A DNA stretch of 64,000 nt from Chitinophagales bacterium (GCA_026936105.1 JAIXKI010000023.1:35484-99483), one strand, 5' to 3'. Positions 38,742 to 51,100 are shown, counted from the first letter of the stretch. Numbers and translations: made by a program. Notes: generated by a model from the letters alone, not told the origin.

Positions 38742-39068
38742 AAATTTCTATTTTAAAGTGAAACATTTAAAAACAATAACCTGTTCATTTTTGTACAATG
38801 AAGTTTCACAAAATGAGTGCCTGATGAAAAAGAAATTATAAAATATGTAAATGAAATTTTAATTAAAGATGTATCTGTATAAATCCCCATTAATAAAATG
38901 TAAAAGAAAAGAACAGTCTCTTTTCGGCAGGCCTGTTTGACATAATATGCCATAAAGACACCGGTAAAATATCTTTATCATGCAATTGTCATCTGCCTGT
39001 ATGGAGTTAGACTTCGGGAAGGCCTGAGGCTTGCAATACTCAGAATCCAATATTTCAAAAAAGAAATG

Positions 39069-39436
39069 TGGAGGTGACGAGAGTCGAACTCGTGTCCAAA
39101 CATATTCTTCAAAAGCTTTCTACATGCTTATTTTGTTTTGAGTTTTCGGGAAATGACTGGGAACAAACAACCGATCATTTCCTTAGCTGAATATTCTTAA
39201 GTAACCGTCACAGCCTTCGGTTATTGCAGCCTGTATTTTTTGTTGATTGGGCGGGGCAACGGGTTACAAGCCTACCCATCACCCGGCCATAATGACTACC
39301 TAATCACTGATTAAGCAGCCATGGCAAATTGAGTATTGCCATTTATGGTTTGCGTATTCAGATTTACCTGCTAATTACGCAACGCAGGACATGCTTACAC
39401 TTTCAAAGACCTATGCTGTCAAAACCAAACACCCCC
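39069..39436 (-). ncRNA. ssrA: tmRNA (ssrA)
   Basis: Read on the minus strand, the 5' end is GGGGGTGTTTGGTTTTGACAGCATAGG and the 3' end is the tRNA-like CACGAGTTCGACTCTCGTCACCTCCA. The internal tag ORF GGC AAT ACT CAA TTT GCC ATG GCT GCT TAA encodes GNTQFAMAA. Confidence 0.92.
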
Positions 39437-39628
39437 ATTAAAATCTGTGCTTTCAGAACTGCGGATTACAATCTGAAAAATCTTTCAACTACGGCCTGCA
39501 AAAATACAGTAAATATTTCTTAGAAAGTAATGACAATACACAACTTTAACCAAACCCTAAACCCTCAAGCCTAGCCTCAACCCTAACCTCTTCCTCATCC
39601 TCACCCCCTCTGACTATCTTTGCAAACT

Positions 39629-41524
39629 ATGCATTATGTTTCGGCAGAAGGATTGACGAAGAGTTTCGGTATTACACCCTTGTTCGATTCCATTTCATTC
39701 AATATAAATGAAGGTGACAAGATCGCTTTGGTAGCGAGGAATGGTGTAGGCAAAAGCACCCTGCTTCGTATCCTGACAGGAAAAGAAATTCCTGATGAAG
39801 GTAAACTCCATATCCATAAAGATGTGACGGTGGCATTACTGGAACAGGAACCTCAGTTTGAAGAAGAAAAAACAGTGTTGGAAAATATTTTTCACAGCAC
39901 TCACCCCGTAATGCAGGCAACCCGGCAATATGAATCGGCTGTTGACAGCGGAAACAGTGAAGCGATCATGAAGGCCATGACGAAAATGGATGAACTGAAT
40001 GCATGGAAATTTGACGCAAAAGTGAAAGAGATTCTGGGCAGGCTCAACATTCACCATCTGCAAAGTAAAATGAATGAGCTCAGCGGCGGACAACGTAAAA
40101 GAGTAACGCTGGCGAAAACGTTAGTGGATATCGGATTTGAACATAAGCATACGCTGCTGTTGATGGATGAACCTACCAATCACCTGGACGTAGAGATGAT
40201 CGAATGGCTGGAGCATTATCTGAACCAGGAGAACGTAACATTGCTCCTGGTATCACACGACCGTTATTTTTTAGATGCAGTCTGTGATGAAATATGGGAA
40301 TTGGAACGAAGCCACATGTATGTTTATAAAGGCGATTACGAAAATTATCTGGAGAAAAAAGCAGCCAGGATAGAAAGCGAACAGGCAAGTATTGGCAAAG
40401 CACGAAACGAATACCGGAAAGAACTGGAATGGATGCGCAAACAGCCCAGGGCAAGAACCACTAAGAGCAAGAGCCGCCAGGATAATTTTTATGAAGTGGA
40501 AGCAAGAGCCAAACAAAAGATCGTTGATGACCGGGTTCAGCTTCAGGTGAAAATGACAAGGCTCGGAGGCAAAGTGGCTGAGATAAAAAAAGTGTATAAG
40601 AGCTATGGAGAAAAAATCATACTGAAAGGATTTTCCTACACATTTACCAAAGGAGAGCGCATCGGGATCATAGGTAAAAACGGAGTGGGCAAATCCACTT
40701 TCCTGAATATCCTGCAAGGGATAGAACCGGCAGACAGCGGTAAAATAAATATCGGGGAAACGGTGGTCTTCGGAAATTTTTCACAACAGGGGTTAGAAGT
40801 AAAAGATAACATGCGGGTGATCGAATATGTAAAAACCTTTGCAGAGAATTTTCCACTGGCAAAAGGAGGAAGCCTGAGTGCAGCCCAGTTCCTGGAACTT
40901 TTTCTTTTTCCTCCCGAGAAACAATTTACTTATCTGAACTCATTAAGCGGAGGTGAAAAAAAGCGTTTGCAATTACTCACTGTCCTGTTCCGCAATCCGA
41001 ATTTTCTGATCCTGGATGAGCCTACCAATGATCTTGATCTTCCGACTTTAGGAGTCATGGAAAATTTTTTGCAGGAGTACCAGGGTTGTATTTTAATCGT
41101 AAGCCATGATCGCTACTTCATGGACCGTCTGGTAGATCATTTATTCGTCTTTAACGGAGAAGGCGACATAAAAGATTTCTCGGGCAACTATTCTCAATAC
41201 CGTATCTGGCAAAAAGAGCAAGATACAAAATCATCTGAGAGAGTTTCAACAAAATCTTCAGTCAAGATACACGAAGAGGCTTTTGCAAAAAAAGACAGCG
41301 ACCGTAAGAAAGCGGGGTTTAAAGAGAAAAGAGAATTGGAACTGTTGCAAAAAGAGATCGCTGAACTCGGAAACGAAAAAACAGTACTGGAAGAAAAATT
41401 ATCCGACACCAAAATACCATTTGAAGAATTGAATGAAGTCAGTAAAAGAATTGCTCAGCTCAGCGGCTTACTTGATGAAAAGGAATTGCGCTGGCTGGAG
41501 TTAAGTGAAATGATCGGTGAGTAA
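39629..41524 (+). CDS. ABC-F family ATPase (two ABC domains plus a C-terminal coiled coil; Uup/EttA class)
   Basis: Walker A motifs ARNGVGKST and GKNGVGKST, signatures LSGGQRKR and LSGGEKKR, and no TM segments. The ATG at 39629 is preferred over the TTG at 39620. Confidence 0.9.
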   Translation: MHYVSAEGLTKSFGITPLFDSISFNINEGDKIALVARNGVGKSTLLRILTGKEIPDEGKLHIHKDVTVALLEQEPQFEEEKTVLENIFHSTHPVMQATRQYESAVDSGNSEAIMKAMTKMDELNAWKFDAKVKEILGRLNIHHLQSKMNELSGGQRKRVTLAKTLVDIGFEHKHTLLLMDEPTNHLDVEMIEWLEHYLNQENVTLLLVSHDRYFLDAVCDEIWELERSHMYVYKGDYENYLEKKAARIESEQASIGKARNEYRKELEWMRKQPRARTTKSKSRQDNFYEVEARAKQKIVDDRVQLQVKMTRLGGKVAEIKKVYKSYGEKIILKGFSYTFTKGERIGIIGKNGVGKSTFLNILQGIEPADSGKINIGETVVFGNFSQQGLEVKDNMRVIEYVKTFAENFPLAKGGSLSAAQFLELFLFPPEKQFTYLNSLSGGEKKRLQLLTVLFRNPNFLILDEPTNDLDLPTLGVMENFLQEYQGCILIVSHDRYFMDRLVDHLFVFNGEGDIKDFSGNYSQYRIWQKEQDTKSSERVSTKSSVKIHEEAFAKKDSDRKKAGFKEKRELELLQKEIAELGNEKTVLEEKLSDTKIPFEELNEVSKRIAQLSGLLDEKELRWLELSEMIGE

Positions 41525-41528
41525 TGTC

Positions 41529-42956
41529 TTAACACTCCGGCAGGCTGAGGGGAACATGAATGGCCAATCCGCCTTCTGCTGTTTCTTTGTATTTGGTGTC
41601 CATGTCTCTTGCCGTGTCCCACATTGTTTTTACCACTTCATCCAAGGAAACTTTTGCATAATCAGGAGTGCCTAATAAAGCAAGTTGTGATGCGGTGATG
41701 GCTTTGATGGCTCCCATGGTATTCCTTTCAATACAGGGAATCTGAACCAGACCTGCAATCGGATCGCAGGTCATACCGAGGTGATGTTCCATAGCTATCT
41801 CTGCCGCCATCGTTGCCTGCTTCTGAGTTCCGCCCATGCTTTCCGTGAGTGCAGCAGCTGCCATTGCTGAGGACACACCTATTTCTGCCTGGCATCCGCC
41901 CATTGCAGCGGATATGGTTGCTCCTTTTTTGAAGATGCTTCCTATCTCTGAAGCCGTCAATAAAAAACGGATCACATTATCATCTCCTTCGCCACCACCG
42001 AACAATACGTAGTACATCAGCACCGAAGGGATCACTCCTGCTGCCCCGTTGGTAGGAGCGGTTACCACCCTGCCAAAAGAAGCGTTTTCTTCATTCACTG
42101 CCAAAGCAAAACAACTGACCCAGTCAAGAATGTATTTGAAATCATTGCCCCCGCTTTTAATTGCTTGTACCCACTCATCATAACCGGAATATTCTTTCCC
42201 TTCCAGCAATTTTTTGTTCAGGTCAATGGCACGCCTTTTCACCTGCAATCCGCCGGGCAATATGCCACCGGCATGGCAACCCCGGTAAATACATTCTTTC
42301 ATCACTTGCCAGATATTCAGCAAGCCCTTACGGGTCTCCTCTTCAGGCCGCCATACGTTTTCATTTTCCATCACCACTTCATGAATGGAAAGCCCTGTCT
42401 TGATACACCAGTGCAAAAGATCTTCCGCATTATTGATTGGGAAAGGGAGCTGTACGGAATCTTTTCCATCTTCTTGTTCACCATCTTTTTTTACAAAACC
42501 GCCACCGATGGAATAGTAGGTTTCAGAAATGGTTTCCCCGTTTTCAAGAGTTGCTGTCAGCGTCATTGCATTGGGATGATAAGGAAGAGATTCCCTCATC
42601 CGGAATACAATATCTGCGGGCGGATCAAAATCCACTTCATGGGTGCCGTTCAGAAATATCTTTTTCAAATCTGCTATGCCGGCTATTTTGGAATTGATGC
42701 ATGCTACATCGAAAGTAACCGGATCATCACCACTCAATCCCAACTGAACTGCCACATCGGTGCCATGGCCCTTCCCTGTTTTAGCCAGAGAGCCATATAA
42801 AATTACCTTCACGGCATTTACCTTATCCAGTTTATTGCTGTTGATGAGCGACCCGGTAAAACGCTGGGCAGCACGCCAGGGACCAAGGGTGTGGGAACTG
42901 GAAGGTCCCACTCCTATTTTAAAAATGTCAAATACTGAAATTGCTTCGTGAGGCAA
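41529..42956 (-). CDS. sdaA: L-serine ammonia-lyase (iron-sulfur type, single chain)
   Basis: [21 protein letters not shown] at the N-terminus is the SdaA signature. 475 aa with a TTG start. Confidence 0.9.
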   Translation of the reverse strand: MPHEAISVFDIFKIGVGPSSSHTLGPWRAAQRFTGSLINSNKLDKVNAVKVILYGSLAKTGKGHGTDVAVQLGLSGDDPVTFDVACINSKIAGIADLKKIFLNGTHEVDFDPPADIVFRMRESLPYHPNAMTLTATLENGETISETYYSIGGGFVKKDGEQEDGKDSVQLPFPINNAEDLLHWCIKTGLSIHEVVMENENVWRPEEETRKGLLNIWQVMKECIYRGCHAGGILPGGLQVKRRAIDLNKKLLEGKEYSGYDEWVQAIKSGGNDFKYILDWVSCFALAVNEENASFGRVVTAPTNGAAGVIPSVLMYYVLFGGGEGDDNVIRFLLTASEIGSIFKKGATISAAMGGCQAEIGVSSAMAAAALTESMGGTQKQATMAAEIAMEHHLGMTCDPIAGLVQIPCIERNTMGAIKAITASQLALLGTPDYAKVSLDEVVKTMWDTARDMDTKYKETAEGGLAIHVPLSLPEC

Positions 42957-43024
42957 ATGATTATTTTTTTACAAAGTTACAGGAAAGAAGATATGACCTG
43001 CTTGTGGAATGAGTAAAAGAAAGT

Positions 43025-43519
43025 TTACGCTACAGCCACCACAGTGATTTCAAATATCAGATAGGAATTGGCCGGGATCACCACATTGCCATTGTTATCT
43101 TTCATCTCCTGATCGCCATATCCCATCGAAGGCGGAATGTACAGGATCAGCTTTCCTCCGGCTTTTACCAAAGGAATGCCTATCCTCCAACCCAAAATGG
43201 TGCGTGGAAGGCTGAGCGGAACCGGCGAGGTGGACTGATCAAAAATATTCCCGTTTGTAAGATAACCTTTATAGGTGACCGATACATCAGAGCAGGCATC
43301 GGGCTTTGCGCCTGTTCCGGCATCCACCACTGAGTAAAACAAGCCGCTGCAATGCTGCGTTGCGGTAATACTATTCATGCTCAGGTAATTCTGGATGGTC
43401 TGCACTTCGGTATTAGAAGCTTTAAAAGCGCAGTCATTAAAATTACACTTACCGCTATTCTTGGTACACGAGCTGAATGAAAAACTAATGACGAGTGCAG
43501 CAAGAAAGATCTTTTTCAT
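43025..43519 (-). CDS. FKBP-type peptidyl-prolyl cis-trans isomerase, lipoprotein
   Basis: VTYKGYLTNGNIFDQS...GWRIGIPLVKAGGKLILYIPPSMGYG is the FKBP core. The signal peptide with SSC lipobox starts at the ATG at 43517-43519. Confidence 0.85.
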   Translation of the reverse strand: MKKIFLAALVISFSFSSCTKNSGKCNFNDCAFKASNTEVQTIQNYLSMNSITATQHCSGLFYSVVDAGTGAKPDACSDVSVTYKGYLTNGNIFDQSTSPVPLSLPRTILGWRIGIPLVKAGGKLILYIPPSMGYGDQEMKDNNGNVVIPANSYLIFEITVVAVA

Positions 43520-43567
43520 AGTTGCGTATTGTTTTCTCATTAAAGGGCTACAAAATAAAATACAGAA

Positions 43568-43882
43568 TTATTCTTTATTTTTTTTAGATAACAATTCCTG
43601 ATAACGTGTTTCGTTGATATCCCACTGATGCCTGGCGGAGAAGATCACAATAAAAACCACAATGATCAGAGCGGCTGCCACCAGTACATAGATTAATGAA
43701 GGGTCTTCATACATCACTGCCTCTGCCTGCTTGTCCCACCCCGAAAAGAAATTGATGAAAATGGCCATGACCATGAACACTCCAATGGGCAGTCCGACTG
43801 AAAGATTTCGTAAATACCGTCTGCGGCTTTTACGGTTTTGCTCCCAATATTCCACAAATTTTTTCTCTTCCTCTGAAAGCAT
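43568..43882 (-). CDS. Small membrane protein, unknown function
   Basis: Trimmed to MLSEEEKKFVEYWEQNRK... It has two predicted TM helices. Confidence 0.5.
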   Translation of the reverse strand: MLSEEEKKFVEYWEQNRKSRRRYLRNLSVGLPIGVFMVMAIFINFFSGWDKQAEAVMYEDPSLIYVLVAAALIIVVFIVIFSARHQWDINETRYQELLSKKNKE

Positions 43883-43969
43883 AGACTGCAAAAGTAATGT
43901 TTGAAACAATACCCCTTGCGACAGAGAGTTAAAATTTATATATTGTGTGTTCCTTAAAATCCAAATGCC

Positions 43970-44908
43970 GTGAAACTGGCCCCGATACTGGTCGAATATT
44001 TGAATGCCCATAAGCAATTACCACTGCCCGGCATTGGCATTTTCCGGCTCGAAACTTCTGAGCCGGCAGAGGAAACTGATGATAAAAAAACAAAAACTTC
44101 CCGCATCCATTTTCAAAATGACCCTTCTGTGGAAGATGTAAGAAATCTGATTGATTTCATTGCATCCAAAACAGGGAAGATGAAAACCCTTGCAGCTTCG
44201 GATCTGATGTCTCAACTGGAACTGGGCCACGAATTTCTGAATATTGATAAATCATTTGTGATCGAAGGCATCGGCAGCCTGACCAAACGCAGGCAGGGTG
44301 AATATGAATTCAAGAGTGAAGATGCCATCCCCGAAAAAACGAAAAGCATAGCAATTAAAGAACACGAAGCTGCCCCATTAAAAGAATCTTTTATTGACCT
44401 GAAAGAAAAAAAATCTTCAAAGAACAGAACCGGCAAACTGGCTCCTCTTATGGTGATCATAGCAAGTATAGGCATTGCTGTTTGGGTGGGATACAAGATC
44501 TACGAAAAAAGAGTTTCGAAAAATACAGAAGCTCAGGTAAAAGCTCCCAAATCGCAAGAGGAACAAGCTGTACCTGTAAACTATGAAAGTGAAGGGACTG
44601 CCGATGGGAGTGAAACAACCAAAGCACCGGAAATATTAACTGAACCAATGACTGCAGTTTTTCAAAAACCTGTGATCAAAAAAGACTCTTATAAATTTGT
44701 TGTGGAAGAAGCCAATAAAGCAAGAGCCTTACAACGATACAATAGTTTAAAAGGCTGGGGCCTGCCGTTGCAGATAGAGACAACCGACTCGGTTCATTTC
44801 CGCCTTTTTTTCAAACTCCCTTCTTCCGTTCCCGATACGGCAAAAACAATGGATTCTCTGCGGTATCTCTACACACCTGTTTGGAGCAGGGCTTATGTAG
44901 AGAATTAG
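43970..44908 (+). CDS. Hypothetical protein with one TM helix and a SPOR-like C-terminal domain
   Basis: 312 aa with a GTG start, a central TM segment (LAPLMVIIASIGIAVWVGY) and a C-terminal YKFVVEEANKARALQRYNSLKGWGLPLQIE.. that resembles a SPOR repeat. Confidence 0.45.
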   Translation: MKLAPILVEYLNAHKQLPLPGIGIFRLETSEPAEETDDKKTKTSRIHFQNDPSVEDVRNLIDFIASKTGKMKTLAASDLMSQLELGHEFLNIDKSFVIEGIGSLTKRRQGEYEFKSEDAIPEKTKSIAIKEHEAAPLKESFIDLKEKKSSKNRTGKLAPLMVIIASIGIAVWVGYKIYEKRVSKNTEAQVKAPKSQEEQAVPVNYESEGTADGSETTKAPEILTEPMTAVFQKPVIKKDSYKFVVEEANKARALQRYNSLKGWGLPLQIETTDSVHFRLFFKLPSSVPDTAKTMDSLRYLYTPVWSRAYVEN

Positions 44909-44924
44909 AATTACAATACCCGTA

Positions 44925-46883
44925 TTATTTTTTTGAAAGATCAAAACCGATCCCAGCCATCCACCATCTGCCCGGAAGTTTTGTACCAAGCAGATCTGAT
45001 GTTTCAACATTGAAGATGTTATCCAATTCGGTGAAAGCGATGAACCTGCTGCCGGGGAACAAGACCGAAAGCTTCGTATTCATTACAAACAGATCAGCAT
45101 TAATCAAAGCATTGATCGCAGAAGCTTTTTGTGGTGTGCGTCGTTTATAAATCCCGTTCACCGAAAAAGAAAAATACTGATCCGAATATTCAAGGTTGAA
45201 GTTGGCCAGGAATTTTGCATGCGAGAGAATATAAAATGAGGGAACGGATTCACTTGTTGCATCATCGAGCCAGCTGACACCTGCCGATGCCCGGAGTTGC
45301 CTTCCTCTATCGAAATGTTTTGAATAAAGAATATCTGTTTCCAATCCTGCTGTGTTGACCTTTGCGATATTGCCTGCCAACGCATAAACCCCGGTGGGTG
45401 ATAAATTGACCTTTCTTGGCATTTCATTGAAAGGTGTGGTTACCCAGTCAATAACATTATGTTGTTCTCTCCTGAAAGCAGTTACCGATAACCTGAATTG
45501 AGATTGAGATTCTTTTCCCGAAATTGACTGAGGTGAAATAAAAATATCTGCTCCCGCTTCATAGCTTAATGAACGTTCGGGTTTCAGGTCGGGGTTACCG
45601 ATGCTTCCTCCTGCAACAAAAGATTTATTGTAATTATTATACCGTTCCGTAAAATCTGCGTCACGAATCGTTTTACCGATACTGGCCCTGAATTGCACCT
45701 TGTCCAGGTGAAAAGAAAGATTCAGTTGAGGGACAAGTTCTGCATCGCCATTCCCGAAATGATCCAGGCGAAGTGAAGGGCTGTAGGTAAAATGATGAAG
45801 GCTCTGATCCCAGATAATAAATGCAGAGATCCGGTCCAATTGATGATCGCCCCTGTCATTTGAACGGATCCATTCACTGCGGTATTGAATACCGCTCACA
45901 AGATTTGCATGATCCAGGACATGATAATTATCAGTAATCAACGTCTGAAACTGATAAGAATGATTATCATTTGCCACTGATGACGGATTGTACAGGTAAT
46001 GATCATTTACGGCTTTGTATCCTGCGCCGATCATCACCGAATGCCTGTTTTTCTGATAACCGGCCTGAAACTGATTCCAGAATGTTTTCACTTTTTCTGA
46101 AGCCGTATCGGAAATAAAGGATGTGTAAAAATTCTGTGCGCTGAAATCACGGTCATCAATTGCGGTACGAAACGCAATATTCCAATGATCATTCAGAAAT
46201 TGCTTAAAAGATATTGAAGCGGTATTGTTGTGGAAATAACCTCTTATCCCTCTTTGCATCTGGCCCATGCTGTTATTAGAGATCAGTCCGCCGCCAATGC
46301 TTATATTCCCTTTCTGAAAAAAAGCGCCGGCTTCTCCATTGAACAGGCCGTATTCACCAACAGTTCCTTTAGCAGAGATACGGTAATTGCTTCCGGGGCT
46401 TAGCATCTTTTTCCCTGCATAAGTTTTTGTCACGATGTTGATCACGCCGCCCACTGCTTCCGGGCCATAAATTGCCGAAGAAGCTCCTTTCAGAATTTCT
46501 ATATAATCTATCTCACCGGGAGCAATGGGAATGTAGGATGAAAAATGACCGGTATTTGGATCATTCAGACGGATACCATCGAGGATCACCAATACCTGTT
46601 GAAATGTGCCGCCTCTGATCAGGATATCACTCTGCGAACCTTCCGGCCCTCTTGACTGAATCTCTATTCCGGGAATATAACGAAGCAATTCATCCACGGA
46701 ATGAACAGGAAGTTTATGAAACTGTTCACCGGAAATATTGATGATATTCCTTCCCGTTTGAGATATTTTCTGAGCATTCAGTGAAGACACCAGCGTCACA
46801 GGATCCATTTCAATTTCTTTCTGTTGTGCGAAAGAAAATATGCCGGCAAAAAGAAAAACAAATCCAGCCCATAATCTTTTCAT
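44925..46883 (-). CDS. TonB-dependent receptor (small, BtuB/siderophore-size class)
   Basis: 652 aa with a signal peptide, plug motifs (DELLRYIPGIEIQSRG, IRGG..QQVLVILDGIRLND) and a beta-barrel with a terminal aromatic residue. Confidence 0.85.
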   Translation of the reverse strand: MKRLWAGFVFLFAGIFSFAQQKEIEMDPVTLVSSLNAQKISQTGRNIINISGEQFHKLPVHSVDELLRYIPGIEIQSRGPEGSQSDILIRGGTFQQVLVILDGIRLNDPNTGHFSSYIPIAPGEIDYIEILKGASSAIYGPEAVGGVINIVTKTYAGKKMLSPGSNYRISAKGTVGEYGLFNGEAGAFFQKGNISIGGGLISNNSMGQMQRGIRGYFHNNTASISFKQFLNDHWNIAFRTAIDDRDFSAQNFYTSFISDTASEKVKTFWNQFQAGYQKNRHSVMIGAGYKAVNDHYLYNPSSVANDNHSYQFQTLITDNYHVLDHANLVSGIQYRSEWIRSNDRGDHQLDRISAFIIWDQSLHHFTYSPSLRLDHFGNGDAELVPQLNLSFHLDKVQFRASIGKTIRDADFTERYNNYNKSFVAGGSIGNPDLKPERSLSYEAGADIFISPQSISGKESQSQFRLSVTAFRREQHNVIDWVTTPFNEMPRKVNLSPTGVYALAGNIAKVNTAGLETDILYSKHFDRGRQLRASAGVSWLDDATSESVPSFYILSHAKFLANFNLEYSDQYFSFSVNGIYKRRTPQKASAINALINADLFVMNTKLSVLFPGSRFIAFTELDNIFNVETSDLLGTKLPGRWWMAGIGFDLSKK

Positions 46884-46937
46884 CTGATCCGATTTGCTGC
46901 AAAGAAAGAAAAAAATTGAATAGATTATGAATTAGAG

Positions 46938-48101
46938 TTATCGCCAAAGGACCGCTTTAAAAGCGATTTCTTTATAATCATCCCTTTCGTACAACACTCC
47001 TATCTTTTTCTTACTCATCTTAACCAGATCTGAATAAGCCGTAAAATCAATTTTACCATCCGTACTTTTGTCCACTACAAATGACTTCTTCCAGGTTTTC
47101 CCGTCGTCATAACTGATACGTAAAGTCAGGTTATCACGTCTTATAGTATCCGCAGCATTACAAAATGCAAGAATATTTTTTCTTCTCTTATGTTTTATGG
47201 TCAATAAACTTCCTTCATTCACCGGATCAATCAACGTTTTGTCGAAATAGCTTGTATCCCATGTAGCTCCTCCGTCATTGCTGATAGAAACGATTCTTGC
47301 TTTTACATCACCTTGCTGATTGCGGCTGTTCATCATTAGCTTTCCTTTACTCATTTCCGCTGAGGTGGATTCATTGCTGCCCGGGTAATTGACACTTGCG
47401 CCGAGGTGAAAAGTTTTTCCATGATCATCAGTATAAAACCCATGCGCACTATAATCCGTGAAGCTTTTTTGTGGTCCGCCCCGGGAATGATTGGCTGCAA
47501 CAAAAATGCGTCCTTTATATTTTCCGTTCTGAAACTGCAAGGCATGGCCGGGTGTGTTGGCATAACTGCGCCAGTCTTCCGGAAAATCATAAGACGGGTT
47601 CATCTTTGGCTGTTTAGGGCGATGTACCTGTAAAGTAATATTCACTGCGTCGCTCCAGGTATCTCCATTGTCGGTGGATGTTTTATACCACACTTCACGA
47701 AGCCCATTCCCTTTTCTCACTTCGCCTTCTTGATTATTACCGGTATTGTAAAAAAGAAATATTCTTCCGCCGGGAAATCCGGGATCGGTCAGATCAACTA
47801 CCGGCGCAGGATTCCCCGCCTGCAATTCGCCATAATCCGCAACCACCTGAAGCCGGCCCCATGTTCTTCCATTATCATTGCTTCGCTTCATCACGATATT
47901 GACATGGCCAAAATCACCGGCACCATTCACCCTTCCTTCACAAAAAGCAAGCAGTCCGCCATCAGGTGCTTTGATAATTGCAGGAATGCGGTAACTTTTA
48001 TAACCATCAGTTCCTGAAATAAAAACAGGAATTGATTCTGTTTGAGAAAATACAAATGAAATTGAAAACAAAACAAATATGAGAGATAACAGCCGTTTCA
48101 T
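46938..48101 (-). CDS. Exo-alpha-sialidase (GH33-like, BNR repeats)
   Basis: An RIP motif (SYRIPAI) and four Asp-box repeats: SNDNGRTW, STDNGDTW, SNDGGATW and SYDDGKTW. Confidence 0.88.
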   Translation of the reverse strand: MKRLLSLIFVLFSISFVFSQTESIPVFISGTDGYKSYRIPAIIKAPDGGLLAFCEGRVNGAGDFGHVNIVMKRSNDNGRTWGRLQVVADYGELQAGNPAPVVDLTDPGFPGGRIFLFYNTGNNQEGEVRKGNGLREVWYKTSTDNGDTWSDAVNITLQVHRPKQPKMNPSYDFPEDWRSYANTPGHALQFQNGKYKGRIFVAANHSRGGPQKSFTDYSAHGFYTDDHGKTFHLGASVNYPGSNESTSAEMSKGKLMMNSRNQQGDVKARIVSISNDGGATWDTSYFDKTLIDPVNEGSLLTIKHKRRKNILAFCNAADTIRRDNLTLRISYDDGKTWKKSFVVDKSTDGKIDFTAYSDLVKMSKKKIGVLYERDDYKEIAFKAVLWR

Positions 48102-48153
48102 TTTTTTATCCGCTTAGTGGATACTTCAATTAATTTCTTTAGAATCACCGTTC

Positions 48154-51100
48154 TCATTTTTCCTTTATCACCAGCAACCAGCCTTTCCCTTTTGGAACTT
48201 CTATGGCATCATTGACCCCGAAAGTTTTTGCGGGCTGAAAATTCTTTATCTCCATTGCAGTTATCACAGCCTTCGAGCTGTCAATCCCTAATTTCTTCCA
48301 ATCTATTTGCAGATGTATATTCACAGGCTCATCAGCCCAGCTGGCAATAGAGACCAAAGCCGCTCCTTTTTTCTTATACACCGTGGCCAGTACATTTTTA
48401 TTATCGGTTCTTACCGGGCAGTTATCACTCCAGTACCCGATCATTTTTGTCCCTTTCATTCCGAATTCATTCCATGCTTTCCAGATCGGCCGGGGATCAG
48501 CATCTTCCGTCCATGGATAACGGTTGGTCATACCGTAAATCATTCCTCTCCAGGGATTGCCCCCGTCCTGCAACATCTCGCCCATTAGTCCAAACGGAAT
48601 CCCGCTGATCTCGGTAAGAAAATAATCAGGCCCGTTATGCTGATAATCGAAGTATTCTCCAAACCACAAGCGGTTGAGGTAAGGGAAATGTTCCATGTAT
48701 AAGTTGGCGCTGTTATTAAACCCGTCATTTTTATTATACTGATTGGCAGAATGCAGATCCACAATTCCCGGGTGGCCGTTTTGCGTCAGCACTCTTTTTA
48801 TACGCTTCATCGTTACCCGGTCAAAAGCAACATCATCCAGGTAGATGCCATCTATACCCACATGGTTCACCAGCCAGTTCATTCCTTCCACATAATAATT
48901 ATGCCAGCGGTTTTGTCCGCTGTTTACCAGTGCCGCATCTTTTATTTCCGGAACAAACCAGCCGGCTAAGTAATCATCGCCCACATGCTCCTGCAGCCAA
49001 CTAAAGCCGCCGCCTTGCCCGGGAGAAAATATTTCATGACCCAGGCTGCGAATGGCAAACAATTCATAAGCTCGATCAGAAAGTTCACGGATGGTGTTAT
49101 AGATTTTCACTTTCAACCCAAGCTGATGTGCTGAATCAATATAGGATTTCATTTTCTTCCATTCTATGAAAGGATAATTGATCCATGGATTGATCGGAGT
49201 TGCATGATGAATATTAACTACGGTAGCTCCGGAAGCTTTGATGGTATCCAGGTTATCGTATTTATGATAAAAACGGGTAGCCCACTGAAAATCGGTATTG
49301 ACAGGATGAAAAGGAGTGATAAGTAAATTAAAATTATAAAACAGGGTTTCGCCTTTCTTCATGACCCGGTTTCCGCTGTATGCATGCACTGAAACGGCGC
49401 CTTCCTTTTGTGTGACATCAATTCCTCCTTTATTTTCATTTCCCCAGGATTTGGGAAGCAATAATGGTTTTTGCAAATAGAAATTAGTGTTCAGCGGGCG
49501 AACATAATTTTCATCCCTTAAAGAAAATTGTATTCCTGCATTTACATTCCCGATCCATGCGCCATCCTGGTTTTTATGTGCAACGTCCCATTTCCAGTGG
49601 ATCGCCTCGGGACGAATCCCGCCTTTTAATCCCAGTCCCATAAAATATTCCGCCGATCCCGGTTTCATAGGAATATTCAAATCAATTCCATCCAGTGAAA
49701 TATCTTTCAATGCCGTCACTTTGACCTTGTAGGCTACAAATCCGTCAAACTCCAATGAACCATCCACTTCCACCTTTACATTTTGTGATTGACTGATCGC
49801 TTTCCATGCAACAGTGCCTGCACTTTTCTTTGTAAAGACAAGGCCATTGTTTTTCCATTGGTTGACTGGATTTCCCTTTTCATCATAAAAATTAAATTTC
49901 ATCGGGCCGGCCAACAGGTCATTGGGCTTTGTTGAAACAGAAGTCATCTCTGGAGTGAAAAATGTCTGTATTTGTGCGGGAAGTCCATCCTTATTCAGTT
50001 TCAGTTTTCTTCCCAGTAATGAAATAGCCGTGCCCGTTACTTTCAAAGGAGTATAAGGAGCGATCACGGCATTGTCCTGTGCCATCGTTGAATTCAGCCA
50101 TTTCAGTCTTGTCATCTTTTGCAGGTCACGGATCCCTCCGTCTTTTGCTGATTCGTTCTGCACAAAAAGATCAACGGAAATTTCTTTTTCACCCGATCCT
50201 TTTGCCTGCACGGTCAGTTTGCCGGAATAGTTTCCTGCCGGCAAATTTTCAGGCACATCCACTCCGCACCACAGAGGTCGCACTTCTCCTTTTTTTACAT
50301 TAACCGTTTTATGAAGAACAGTCCCATCATAGTTTATTCCATCCGTATTGAAACAATACATCGTTGCTGCCGGAATGATTTTCCCCGAAGAACTTTTCAG
50401 ATCAGAAAACCGGATATGAACATCCGTCAGGTCCTGCAGGGCATAAACACCTAACTGAAAAGTGAAATTCTCGCCACGCTTCACCGTATCCCTGAAATTG
50501 TTTTTGGATCCACGCTCTATCCATCTTACGGGCAGATTGTATTTCATGCGGATGGAATGCATGCGGTCTTCGGGAAAAATCAAAAAAGAACTCCCTGCAT
50601 TTTCATTGGCCAGTTTCTGAGTTTCTTCAGGAGTGGCAATAAACTCCATCGGATAAAAACTGTTGAATGCATTGACAGGCTGATAAGTTGTCGCCACCGC
50701 TTCCGCAAAACCTGAGGAAGAATGAACAAGATCCTGCCACTCCTTTGAAGCCGTCACATCGGGTTTCAGGTAAACTCCTTTGGGATAGTTGGATCTTCCT
50801 TCATTTCTGTAAGGCATGTAATAGACATAATAATTGCCGGCGCCTGAGACGGGTTCAAAATAGATCTCGCCGGATTCTCTTTTTATTGAAGCGACAAGAG
50901 TATTCAGAATCCTGTGCCCGGTTGCTGCATCCACCACAATGATCCTTTTAAGCTCGGGACTAAAATCCCGCCTTCTCCAGGGAATGATCACATGTGCCGC
51001 ACTTTTATTCTTTTGAAATTCCGGCTGTGTCAACTGCACGACAAAGCGATGATTTCCCAGCGAATCAGGGTCCCAGGAATCTCTTCCGTCTGAATAGCTG

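Noticed and set aside
39329-39523. ORF 39329-39523 (+), and the small ORFs at 38753-39050
   Set aside because: The first overlaps the 5' part of the tmRNA gene. The others lie in an AT-rich intergenic region, and their products have no protein-like features.
39541-39612. G-depleted C/A/T tract with CCCTAA-like units (AACCCTAAACCCTCAAGCCTAGCCTCAACCCTAACC...) between the tmRNA and the ABC-F gene
   Set aside because: The units are irregular and do not form a tandem repeat. An unstructured, G-poor 5' leader is normal for SD-independent initiation in Bacteroidota. There is no evidence for a leader peptide or attenuator.
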